Assembly (NCBI RefSeq): GCF_009914755.1
Contig: NC_060926.1
Direction: 5' to 3' (one strand)
Length of the DNA: 64,000 bases
Origin: the human T2T-CHM13v2.0 reference genome, Homo sapiens
Under the pieces are notes generated by a model that worked only from the letters and a program-made list of their open reading frames with translations, searched no databases and was not told the origin of the DNA. A program made the position numbers and the translations under genes. Below, in pieces: positions 1 through 13,845 of the stretch (position 1 is the first letter of the stretch; every line of letters starts with the position of its first letter).

Positions 1-29
1 TCCTATAATCAATGTAAAAAATTGATATG

Positions 30-158
30 ATTTTTATTAATGCTGAGTTGGAAATTGAGTGTGTATTAGCACATCTCAATTTGGACTACCCACGTTTCTA
101 GTGCTCTAGTGTTCAGTAAGCTACATATGACTGATGGCTACCATATTGGACAGTGCAG
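30..158. mobile_element. MER3/MER33-like hAT-Charlie fragment
   Basis: Terminal signature ggctaccatattggacagtgcag and acatctcaatttggact. Confidence 0.7.
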
Positions 159-568
159 ATCTGTCCCTTAGATCGAGGTAATTCTGAAGCTTTGGAAAAG
201 TGCAGAGGTGCCTTTTGCTTGTGACAGCACTAATTTGTGTGAATGTTATGATGATGGAGTAGCCTATAGTCCACTGTTTCCCTGCTTGATTGGGACAGGA
301 AAGCCTCCCAGCTGTTGAGAACAACAAAAACAACTATTGAAAGGTAGTTGTTCACAGCTGCTCTCCTGAGAACTGGGTACCCCAAAACTAAATCAAATAT
401 ATAGATTAATTAGAGGGTAGTTAGTATTTAAAAAGAATTCTCAGCATTCCTTTACATAATGATCTCTTATTATAATACTCTACATTTTATAAGGCCTTAT
501 CATTTGTAGAACAACACTTTATATATTCTTCCTTATTTGATTCTTCACAGTAAACCAGTGAGGTATTA

Positions 569-673
569 GCTCCATCTTTACAGATGATGAATTGATTTAT
601 GGAGGGATTTGAGTGATTTGCTCCATTTTTATAGATGACAAATTGATTTATGGAGGGATTTCAGTGATTTGCT
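569..673. repeat. 51-bp tandem duplication inside a MIR-like element
   Basis: gctccat.ttta.agatga..aattgatttatggagggattt.agtgattt occurs at 569 and 620. Confidence 0.85.
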
Positions 674-2624
674 GAGTTTATGTGTAATAAAGGTGAACCC
701 CCAATACCTATTTTATAGGCTCTGGTCTGTTACATTTTTTTCATTGTGCCAATCACCTTTGCCTTCTATATAGCAAAATATACTGTATTTATGAACTGTG
801 ATCAGTTAACACTCTCAGAACCCAATATGTCGGCCTCTTCCCAGAAGTGCATTCCTTAAACTCCTGTGTAATTGTTATAGTGCCTGTACTCCATTTCCTA
901 CTCAATTACTGAGTCTTTCTTTACATGTCTTTGTCTTATGCTGCCTGAGAAATAATCCTAAACTGATGACTTTTTGTTGTGTTTGTTTTCGGTGTTGCTA
1001 TTTTATTTGCACCTAGATTGCATAGGATTAAATCATCATAGGAGCATGTAACTAGTCATGGGAAACAAAGTACCTTGAGTCCACCCCCAGCCCCCATTTT
1101 TTTTGGTCCAATAAAATCTTGATTCTGCAGAGGAATTGCATGTTGTCAAGCTTGTGCTTATTTTCCTGTAATCTTTTCTGAAATTAGGCAATAAGATGCA
1201 AAAAGCACCCCCCTCCCTGCATGCTTTACAGATGGAATTTCCATAGGACGTTTTTGGATTTTTCGTTTGTTTGAACAAAGGATTTCCAGTTACCAACAGA
1301 GATTTTGGATCTGCAGGTTGGATCTATAAAGGACCTCAAATGCCAACTTAGAGATTTGAGCTTTATATTATTGGCTTTGAGGAGCCACATGATTAAAATA
1401 ATGTCGTAGGCAGAATAATATAGAGGATAGTTATCTGACATGTCTGGTATGAGACCAGTTCAGATTAACAGTAATCCTAACTCTAAAGGAGCTCAGTGAT
1501 TGAAAAAGACATTATAATTCATCAGAATGTATGGATGACTAATGATGTTTAAATGAGACTGTTGGTAAGGCACATAACTGATTGTCATTATCCACTTCCC
1601 AAAGTTATATTATCACTTGGTCATTCTCAGCCAACATTACACTCATTATAGCACAATTGTTCTTATCATTATTCAGTTATTACCATAGCATTTGTTTTTA
1701 AGAAATCTTTTTAGAACATGCATGTCTTGATTCCAGTATCTGTGAGCTTTCGGTGATCTACTGTAATGAGTTTGGACCAAGATGTAGTTGGCACAGACAT
1801 TTAAGGAAATATATTTGAAATAAAAATCTCAAAAGTACCTGGGCCCAGTTACTTACTCAGCTTTCAGCCTCTTAAATGTCCATAATAATAAGTATAATGT
1901 TTTATTCATAGTACCTACTTTCTATGGTTTAGCGGTTTAAATGCAATCCTATATGTAAAGTGTTTAGCATACTATATATTTAATGTAGTAGTTGCTGTTC
2001 TTATTGTAATCATCATTTTAATAAACGGCAGTATAGACTGGGTGACCAAAGGTGAAGAGTCATTGAGGCTAATTAGGAAATTATATTGGGAACTAAATGT
2101 GAGAAATACTGAGAAAAGAATTGATAGGATTTAGGAGTTGATTAGATTTGAGTCAGGGTGAATGGATAATTCCTGTAGGAAAGTTGTGGGTTTAGGGTAG
2201 GGATTGGTAATTATACCCGGAGTTTGAGCTAGTGATTATTTCAGCAGGCAGTTGGAAATACAGAGTTCGAGTTTGCAAGAAAAGTCAGAATATAATTAGT
2301 CACACAAAATCCTGGAAGAAATTAGAAAAAAAGCAATTTCTTCCTCTAATGTTATTGTGGACTTTTTTTTTTTAGGTGCTTGTGGCAGAATATTGTGGAT
2401 TTTTTGAACCCATTTTTGGTTATTTTTATTCATAGGCATTTATATGTATTCATATATTAGGTATCAATAGAGGAATTGTTGAAGGACTTGCCTTAGCTCT
2501 GCCTCTTAATAACTGGATGACCTTGGACAAGTTTTCTAATTTCTTTATGCCTTAGTAGTTTTATAAAATTGAGGTGATAATGGCACCTATTTTCATAGGG
2601 TAATAATAAGAAATAGAAGACTTA

Positions 2625-3331
<707 letters not shown>

Positions 3332-3957
3332 TAAATTATTCTTAGGACATTGGACCCTTTGTCTTAAGAGTAAATCCTTAAAAATAAATTTTAATTTAAA
3401 TTAACATTATAGTAACACTAAAGGAAATATAAAAGAAAACATGTTCTTTAGGTCTCCATCACCTAAGACATCTAATGTTTGTATTTTCTACAAATATTGG
3501 TTATTCATATTTCCTTGTTTTAGGGATTTACTTTTGCATTTTATTTTTTCCATCTAATCTAATTTCAAACCATTTCCCTTGTTACTTTTTTCACATTTTA
3601 AAATTTAAGTGCTGTATATTAAATCATTTGAGTAAATATGGCCTATATCACTCATTATGATTTATTGCAATTAGTTTCCATGACTAGTTCCCCTGTTCTA
3701 AATTGCTAACACATAGAGATATGGTCTATTTTATTCATTTTTGTGTCCTCTGTACCTGGCTAGTACCTAGTATGCACTAGGAAGGTAAATAAATCTGATT
3801 GAATGTAAGAATACATTTTTTAAAATCTCTTAATTATCAGATATTTATGCTATTTCTAGTGTTATAGAACTAGAAACAATGCTGATAGAAATATATTTGT
3901 AGGAAAGGGACCTAACTTTTTCTTATCTACCAGATAAGATTCTATGAGATAAACATG

Positions 3958-3972
3958 TATATATATATGGAC

Positions 3973-4008
<36 letters not shown>
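3958..4008. repeat. (TA)n microsatellite
   Basis: Interrupted (ta)n run read directly. Confidence 0.9.
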
Positions 4009-4011
<3 letters not shown>

Positions 4012-4075
4012 AAATAAAATCCCTTCTATAAATCACTTCTCATAAAACACTGTGACTTAACTACTACTATACCCA

Positions 4076-4396
4076 TTTTATTTTTTATTTATTTATTTAT
4101 TTATTTTTTATTTTTTTGAGGCAGAGTCTCGCTTTTTCGCCCAGGCTGGAGTGCAATGGCGCGATCTCAGCTTACTGCACTCTCCCTCCCCGGTTCATGC
4201 AATTCTCCTGCCCCAGCCTCCTGAATAGCTGGGATTACAGGCACCTGTTACCACGCCTGGCAAATTTTTGTATTTTTAGTAGAGATGGGGTTTCGCCATG
4301 TCGGCCAGTCTGGTCTTGAACTCCTGACCTCAGGTGATCCGCCCACCTCGGCCTCCCAAAGTGTTGGGATTACAGGCGTGAGCCACTCATGCCCAG
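4076..4396 (-). mobile_element. AluS
   Basis: Antisense dimer with (ttta)n tail; TSD tactatacccatttt. Confidence 0.95.
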
Positions 4397-4529
4397 CCAT
4401 ACTATACCCATTTTACAGATAATGTTCTGAGAAGTTTCCCAAAGTCTCATAATTAGTAAGTAGTGGAGCTAAGACTAGAATCCAGGTCTTTCTGACTCTT
4501 AAAACCCATTCTTGATCTTCTCTCTGTGC

Positions 4530-4706
4530 CAGTGGTTCTCATGATGTTTGGGTGCATCAGAATAACTTAGGATGTTTGTTAAAACTGTTACTGGGTCTTA
4601 CTCATACAACTTCATAGTCTAGATGGGGCCTGAGAATTTGCATTTCTAGTAAATTTCTAATTGATGCTGATGCTGGTGGGTTATGGAACACACTTTGAGA
4701 ACCATT
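4530..4706. mobile_element. MER5A-like DNA transposon
   Basis: cagtggttctca...ggggcctgagaatttgcatttcta...cactttgagaacca termini. Confidence 0.75.
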
Positions 4707-5239
4707 CTTCTATATCAAACCTCTGTTCTGTTTTGAATACACTATAAGCTTTATAAACGAGAAAACAAGTATATTAAATTATACCCAAAGAAAGACAATT
4801 TGTTTTTCTTAGGCATTTCATATAGTCAGTTCAGTCTGATTAGAGTATAATTGATAATAATTAAACAGGATTAGATAGTTATATCTGACAGACTTCACTT
4901 AAGAATCTTTGGCAGGCAGACATCTTTTTCTTAAACATTTCTGGAAGAAAAACTGGTTTTTAAAACAGTGTTACAAAGCCAACAGAAGTCCTGTATAAAC
5001 TAAGTTAAATATTTTAATCTGGCTGTAAATTTTAGTCTCTTGACATTTACCAGTATTTGCTTTGTAGAATTTTAAGATATACACCTTAAATGTGTGGCTC
5101 TACATGATAAGACCTGTTTCATTATGGTTTTATGCTATAATAGCTATCCTGACTAGATATGTTTTCATAATTAATTAAACGTGATGGTACTATTTTGAAC
5201 ATTTAAACAAATCTTTGTGTTCTTATTACGGGATTTCGA

Positions 5240-5343
5240 GACCATGTTGCCCAGGCTGGTCTCGAACTGCTGACCTCAAGTGATCCACCCATCTCAGCCT
5301 CGTAAATTGCTGGGAGTACAGGCGTGAGCCACCATACTTGGCC
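5240..5343 (-). mobile_element. Alu left-arm fragment
   Basis: accatgttgcccaggctggtctcgaac...ggcgtgagccacc. Confidence 0.85.
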
Positions 5344-5396
5344 TGATTTTTCTTTAAAATATAGAAGACCGACAGTTCCCAGAATGTAAACTTAAC

Positions 5397-5702
<306 letters not shown>

Positions 5703-6109
5703 AAACTGAATTTTAGATTGAGAGAGGTGTGAGGAACAAAATCTTAGGCATCTCTCTCCAATGTTTTGTATATCTAATTTATCTAAAAATTGCCGACATA
5801 TACAGTATTATATCATTTTAGGTTATTAAAAAGATGTGATTTTATTTTAAATACCAGAGTCAGTATAATTATAGAAAGATTTTATTTCCCCCTTTGTAAC
5901 TTGCATCTGTGGTCATACACATAAGACTTTGTGGAGTAAAGTCAGACTTATTTATTATGGAAGTTGGCTGCCAAATTTAGAATATGGTGTTCATAGAAAG
6001 TATGATCACTATGGGAATTTAAATTTTGTTTTTGTTATATATGTATATTTTTAGTATAAGAATATAAAACTAAGCTATGAATTGAGATTTTGAAAAGATT
6101 TTCATCTGA

Positions 6110-6388
6110 TATGATGGCTCACACCTGTAATTCCAGCACTTTGGGAAGCTGAGGCAGGAGGATCGCTTGGAGCCAGGAGTTTGATACCAGCCTGGACAAC
6201 AAAGTGAGACCCCACCTGTACAAAAAATAAAAATAAAAATAGTTAGGCACTGTGGCATGCAGCTATAGTCCCAGCACCTCAAGAGGCTGAGGTGGGAGGA
6301 TCACAAGCCCAGGCATTCAAGGCTACAGTGAGCTGTGATCATGCCACTGTACTGTATGTAGCCTGAGTGACAAAGTATCTAAAAAAAG
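6110..6388 (+). mobile_element. AluJ
   Basis: ggaggatcgcttg and gtgagctgtgatc J-type diagnostics. Confidence 0.88.
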
Positions 6389-7056
6389 TCTTGATTTTTT
6401 TTCAAATTAAAAACTTACTGTGGTTGCTAAATTAGATGTGTTTTCTCAGCAGTTTCCTGTTAGATGGCTGTTTGCAGAAAAAGATTTAGAAAGTTATAAT
6501 GTAGTAAACATAGATTTTTATGTAAGGGAGAAAGTATTAAATATTAGGTTGATTCCTGCCATAGAAAAGCAAAATAAGAAAACAAAAAACAAAATAAATA
6601 AATAAAAATCAGGTTGAATAATGATACTTGCTAGGTTCTGCCTGACTAGAACATGTGTTACTTTGTCGCTGATGGAGTTCTGTTCTGTTCTGTTTTGTTT
6701 TGGGGCCATGCATACCAAAGGTGTATGTAATTCAGAAGAATTTTTTTAGTCAAATTTAAACATAAATTATTGTTTATTGTAAATACCCATGATAATGAAA
6801 CAGTGAAAAGCAACCTTAAAGATCAGCCTAACCTCCTTATTCAACAGTTGAATCTGTGTCCAGAGAAAACAAGGGAGTTGCCTGTTGCACCATAACTAGA
6901 AATTAGTAGAGCTGAAGAATTTAAACTCTTATATCCATAATGCTATGCTTCCATAAAAGTAAATAAATGTCAAAATTCTTTCACTTGTGTTTCTTTCTAA
7001 GTGTGATAACAGTTTAATATTTTTACATATTAAAAGTGTTTTTTGACATTTTATAG

Positions 7057-7245
<189 letters not shown>

Positions 7246-7330
7246 TAATTATATTGGTTATTTTAGTGATTTCATATTCACTGAACATTACAGTTAAAAC
7301 TAACCCAGTATTTGGTGAAGTATGGTTTTA

Positions 7331-8232
<902 letters not shown>

Positions 8233-9180
8233 CAGCAAAGTGTGTTTTGCATTTAAAAATTGTATTAAGAAAATTAAGCAGATATTTAACTATAGCACTT
8301 CTCAGAGCCTTTACTATATTCAAGCACATTGTAAATCTCTAAGGTTGGTGGTTTATATACGCACTTTTTCCTATACCTACTTGACCATGAAATTCTTTTA
8401 TTGAGAAAGCATATCATTTTTGTTTGTTTGTTTGCTTGTTCTGTGGACTACACTTTAGAAATACCACTCTAACCGGTACAGTTAGTGAGATTACGCTCTA
8501 GAGATGTGAATTGACTTGGTCTAAACCTTAACTAGTTAAGGGCAGATTGGATTTAAGAACTTTACTCTTCTGACTGTGAGTTAGGTGCTCAGTGTCTATG
8601 AACTCCTGAGTTCAGTGCTTGGCACATTCACTTGCATAGTACCAATTATACTACGCTGCCTCTGCCCCAGATCTTATAACTAGTTTGTAGCAAAGCCCGT
8701 CTAGAACCTTGATCTCTTCATTTCTGTTATCTCAGTTGTGTTTGATCACGTGACTCTGTACTACTTTTTTTGTACTATACTATTACCCTGTGGATGTTGG
8801 GCTCTTATTGTGTGACAGTATCTATGTGCCAGGTGACAGGGTGATTGTGAGGGTCTCTTGAGTTATTGAAATTTGCCCAGTAGCCATGTAATCCTTCATT
8901 TGTGCTTAGGCTGGCAGACCCTATTTAGGCAAGAATGTTCCAGTACAGTAAAATGATAGGACTTCATACTTGTTGTTCTGGAAAAGTGGCACAGAAATGA
9001 GATACTGTTGCTGTCTCCCCTTCTGGTCTTTGGACATCTGTTTAGTAGTCCAGTCTTGCCAAGAATAATGATATATTCTCTAGGTTCATTGTGGTCTTCC
9101 CTCAGCCCTTCTGTTTTTGAAGTGCTGGCATAGGATAGTGTAGGTTTTCTCCATTTTTTGTGGCTAGGATTCCAGCTCAG

Positions 9181-9548
9181 TACAGATACTCCTTGACTTA
9201 TGAGGGGATTACATTCCTGATTAAACCTTTGTAAGTTGAAAATATTGTAAATCGAAAATGCATTTAATATGCTTAACTTGCTGAGCATTACAGCTTAGCC
9301 TAACCTACTTTAAACATGCTCAGAACACTTACATTGGTCTACAGTTGGGCAAAATTATCTGGCAACATAGTACACTGGAGAGGATCTGTTGTTTATCCTC
9401 ATCGTCACATGGCTGACTGGGAGCTGTGGGTCACTGCCTCAGCATTGCTAGCTTATCCACTGCTTTCTACTGAATGCATATCACTTCCGCGCCACTGTAA
9501 AGTCGAAAAATCCTAAGTAGCACCGTTGTTAAATTGGTGACCCTCTGG
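9181..9548. mobile_element. MER47/Tigger5-like DNA transposon
   Basis: ta-cagatactccttgacttatga start; gcttagcctaacctac...cagaacacttacatt. Confidence 0.75.
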
Positions 9549-10204
9549 GTTCAGTTTTTTACTTTTGGGCTTTTCTGGCTGTGTAACATGTCTTAAGTAG
9601 GCCAGAGAAATTGCAAAGGAGATGAAGTTTAAGTGGGAGATTTTGCTGTTGGAGCATAGAGGACTAGGGGGCCTTGCTTATTAGAATCCAGATGTTTAGA
9701 GATCATTAAAGGGAAATTGTCATGTGTACTCTTAAAACCGCTGTCCAAAATCTAGCACACTGTGTACTTCTCTATTTTCCTCAGCACTCGCTTTATTTGG
9801 AGTTCACAGAGCCTTCAAATAGATTTTGGGGAAGAGGGACTAGAGGGTTCAATTGGGCATTGTCCGTTTTTCTCCTCAAGACTATAAATGGGAATCCACA
9901 ACCCTGGATCTTGTACAAAGAGTTTGTCTTTAAAATTGCACGAGGTTTGCATCAGGGAACCTCTGAATCTGCCAGTACTATTTAGCTGTCAGTGACTACT
10001 CTAGAAGTCATTTTTTTTTTTCTGTTTTAGAGCATAAGTATTTGATTTTTTTTTTTTTTTTTTTTTTAGCTGTTGTTCAAACTTGACAGATAGGCTTTAA
10101 GCTTTATTTGGTAGATTATCAAAAAGATAATTTGGCATTTCTGTATTTTCTGCAAGATATATATGTAACCCTTCAGAGCTGAAATTAGTCATAATTAGCT
10201 TTGC

Positions 10205-10220
10205 CTACTAGGTGGCAGCA
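10205..10220 (+). promoter_or_regulatory. Candidate CTCF motif
   Basis: CTACTAGGTGGCAGCA differs from the CTCF core CCACYAGRKGGCRSYA at one position; binding is not shown. Confidence 0.45.
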
Positions 10221-10929
10221 CTATACTTGGTTTTTAGAAATAGGTTTCACATGAGCTGTATGATTTATTCAAATCTTCACTGTAGTTCTGAGTTTAGATG
10301 GCAGTTTTGTAAGTCTTTCTCCATTGGTCACTTTCTATCTTGTTTCCTTATTTGATTACTTAAACCCACTTGATAGGCAAGTTTATCATTTTGTCTTTGT
10401 TTTATTTTGAGGCACTCAAGTGGCCTTGAGTATAAATAAAATAATTTTGCTCATCAGAATTACAAAAGAATTGTCAAAGTATCACAATAGTGGAAAACTA
10501 TAAAGTTTTTAAAAAAATGTTTGCAATGCCAAGCATTTATCTTAGAAAATATTAACAGTATTTTATGGAGTTTCCTTTCTTACAAGTCTTTGGGAAAACC
10601 ACATATAGATGTGTGTGTGTATGCATGCACACACACACCTACACTAACAACACAATGAATTTTTACATATGTATACTCCTGATCAAGATTTAGACCATTA
10701 TCAGAACCCCAGAAGGTTCCCTCATACCCACTCCCAGTCAGTACTTCTCAAAGGTAACTGCTATTCAGACCTCTGTCAACACAGATTAGTTCTTTATGTT
10801 CTTGAACTTGATATAAATGAAATCATATGGTATGTATTATTTTGGCACAGAGTTTTTGATGATGATTTAGGTTTGATTGTACCTGAAAACTAAAGGAAAT
10901 ACAGAGCTAGCTGGAAGGAACTTTTATAG

Positions 10930-11255
10930 TAGTAGGGGACCCTAGTACACCATCTAGATCCCCCACTTCAGGACTGAGCAGTCAGCCCCCAGCTGCCAAG
11001 AGTGTTGGTGACTCACCCCTGAGTCTCCATCTGGAGCTTGCCCTTACCGCAGCTGAAGACAGCTGCCTTACCCAAGTCATGCAGGGCAACCTGCATCCAA
11101 TGAATCCAGTGACTGGTTGAGGTGTTATAAACGTCCCAGTTCAGGACAACATTGCCCTATGCCCACTGGTGATCATCCCAAAGAACCCCCCAATAAACTG
11201 ACTGCTCACTAATCTCCATCTCAGAATGAGCTTCATGGATTAGCCAGCCTACAAT
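10930..11255 (+). mobile_element. ERVL solo LTR (LTR16-like)
   Basis: TATA-like ttataaa, then aataaac...aatctccatctcaga 3' signature. Confidence 0.55.
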
Positions 11256-12299
11256 GTAGGTCTTCTGTGCTTCAGTTTCTTCATAGTACTGATGAGGAAA
11301 CTGAGGTCTTTTGAAGCCAAATGCCAAGTCTTCTTACCCAACTTCAAAACACTGTCTCTAATAACTCAAGTAATGTTCATTGTCTACGCATGCAGGGTGC
11401 TGCACTAGGTAGTTGATTTCAGAGGAATTGTACACAGTGAAATATGAAATTTGTAACCTATTCAGGTATACATAGTGTGTTCAAGGCAAAGCCCAGAATT
11501 CAGTCCTAATTTCATGCCTTTCAGTAATGTATTTTCCGTGGTAGGTTATATTACCTCTTTACTAGCATGATTAGAAATGTATTTATAAAGTTTAAAAATA
11601 CTTCCATATTAAATATTAAATTATTTACAAATATACCCAGGCCTGCAGTGCTAAGTTCAATAGATAAGTTGTTAGGAGTAGGTGAGTTGAAACTTATATG
11701 TGAGGACTGTGAATAGTATTTGAGAAAAACAGGAAGTAATGTATGTTTGTTGAAGTCAGTTACATTTAAAAATAAATATTTTTAAATAAGACTTAATGGG
11801 TGCATTTTGGGGGAAAGGAGTTCACTTTTTAATCTTAAGGAATATTCCTTAGCACTCAGAAAGAATTGAGGTTTCATATATAGAAAAAATATATTTTCAA
11901 GACTAGCTTATTTTGAAACTTTTTAGATGAAAATTACAGTGAATGCAATAAAAATTAGTAATTTGGTTATTTTATCTACCAAACTAACTGATGCATATAA
12001 TTTTAAAGTCATAGAGTTGTAAACCATCCTAGGCTCAGTGGATCGATATGTAATTGGGCACACTATTAAACAGCCATCACCTATAACTCTAGTTGTTGAC
12101 ATTATTTTCTGTTTATTTAAAAAATGTTATTAAGAAGAAAAATTAAGTTAGACTTTCAGCAAAATTGGCTGGAGAAATCTAAAATACATCTAATTCTTTG
12201 TTCTTTATTTATATACTTGAATGGTCAGTTTTCCTAATTTGTCAATTATAAAATAACTTCCAACCTTAAACAGTCCAAAGAAGTAAAGCATTATTTTTG

Positions 12300-12447
12300 T
12301 TTTGTTTTGTTTTATAATTTTTATAATTTTTTGTAGAGATAGGGTCTCACTCTCTTGTTCAGGCTGGGCTCAAAATCCTGGCCTCAAGCAATCTTCCTGC
12401 TTCAGCCACCCGAATTGCTGGCAGGCAGGAGCCACTGTGCCCTGCAG
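12300..12447 (-). mobile_element. FLAM/Alu monomer
   Basis: ttttgtagagatagggtctcact...ctcaagcaatcttcctgc. Confidence 0.8.
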
Positions 12448-13460
12448 GCATTCTTTTTATATCTGCAGAGTAAACTATTGGTATTTTAAAATGGAATTAT
12501 TGCTTTCATGATCTGTGATGAGTATATCAGCAACTGACACAAATTTACTCGTAATGGTTTTCTTTAAAATCATAACAGCAAGCATAACTTCTTGAAATTT
12601 ATTGTTTGTAGAGCAATAATTTTGAGAAATTTGTCATCTTCAATGTTTAATTACTAGTACTAATTACTAAGCACAGTGACTGGGTTGAAATAGAGAGAGT
12701 GAAAATCCTGTCTTGACCGTCTCATAAAAATTTTTATAAAGATTGTGTATATTATTCCTATCACATAATAAAAAACACAAAATATTTTTCTTTTTAGGTT
12801 GATATTTTATATGTGTTATCAAAGAAATGTTTAAGAAACTAACAACATTTTTGAACTGGATTTTACATGGAGGCTGGTTTTAGAAATACAGAACAGTTTA
12901 TTTTATTTTATTTTTTTTCTTAAAGAACAAATTCTGAAGTAGGAGTCAGAAGCCTAATTCTAAATCCTGAGTGTTTGAATAAGAGACCTGGCCAAAGGCC
13001 AAAGTCAGATTAAGTTTTCTGAGAATTTTTTTTTTTTCATTTATCAAGTGAGGGTCAAATACAATAATACATCTTACAGTGTCTTGAATATTGTGTACAT
13101 ACAGATGCAAGTTATTTCTACTTTGGACTTGTATGTGAAAAGTAGTATGCATCTGGATAAGATCATTAGACTTGCTTATTCCCCTCTGCAAATAGTATTT
13201 CACCTCCGCATTCTATGTATGCTATTCCACATTTTGGGGAAATCCTTTCTAAAATGTAATAGCCATTCATAGGTAAATTCCTTCTAATTCTCACCAAATG
13301 TCTTCATCCCGTAGTGTTAGTTCATTTTTTTCTCTCGTTTTTCCCTCAGAAGAATAAATGTCATCCTCTGCATAACATTTACATTTATTGATTCATTCAT
13401 CCACCATTTAAATGGTTACAGTGTACTGAATATTATTCTCACCTTATCAAGCTCATTATG

Positions 13461-13845
13461 CAGTTGACCCTTGAACATCACCCAGTTGACCCCACCACTT
13501 CGCTATGCAGTCAAAAATTCACATGTAACTTTTGACTCCTTTAAAACTTAACTACTGTTGACCGGCCTCCTGTTGACCGGAAGATAACATATTTTGTATG
13601 TTGCATGTATTATATACTGTATTCTTATAATAAACTAGTGAAAAGAATGTTATTAAGAAAATTATAAGAGAAAATAAATATGTTTGCTATTCATTAAGTG
13701 GAAGCTGTTCATTAAGTGTTCATGTTGAGTAGGCTAAGGAAAGGGTAGAAGAGAAGAGATTGGTCTTGCTGTCTCTGGTGGCAGAAAATCTGTGTGTTAA
13801 GTGGACCTGCACAGTTCAGACTTGTGTTGTGGAAGGGTCAACTGT
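13461..13845. mobile_element. Tigger2a/MER28-like DNA transposon
   Basis: Terminal inverted repeats cagttgacccttgaaca ... aagggtcaactg-ta. Confidence 0.8.

Noticed and set aside
1036-1441. Overlapping minus-strand ORFs in intron 1
   Set aside because: No recognisable domain or splice support; lengths are expected by chance
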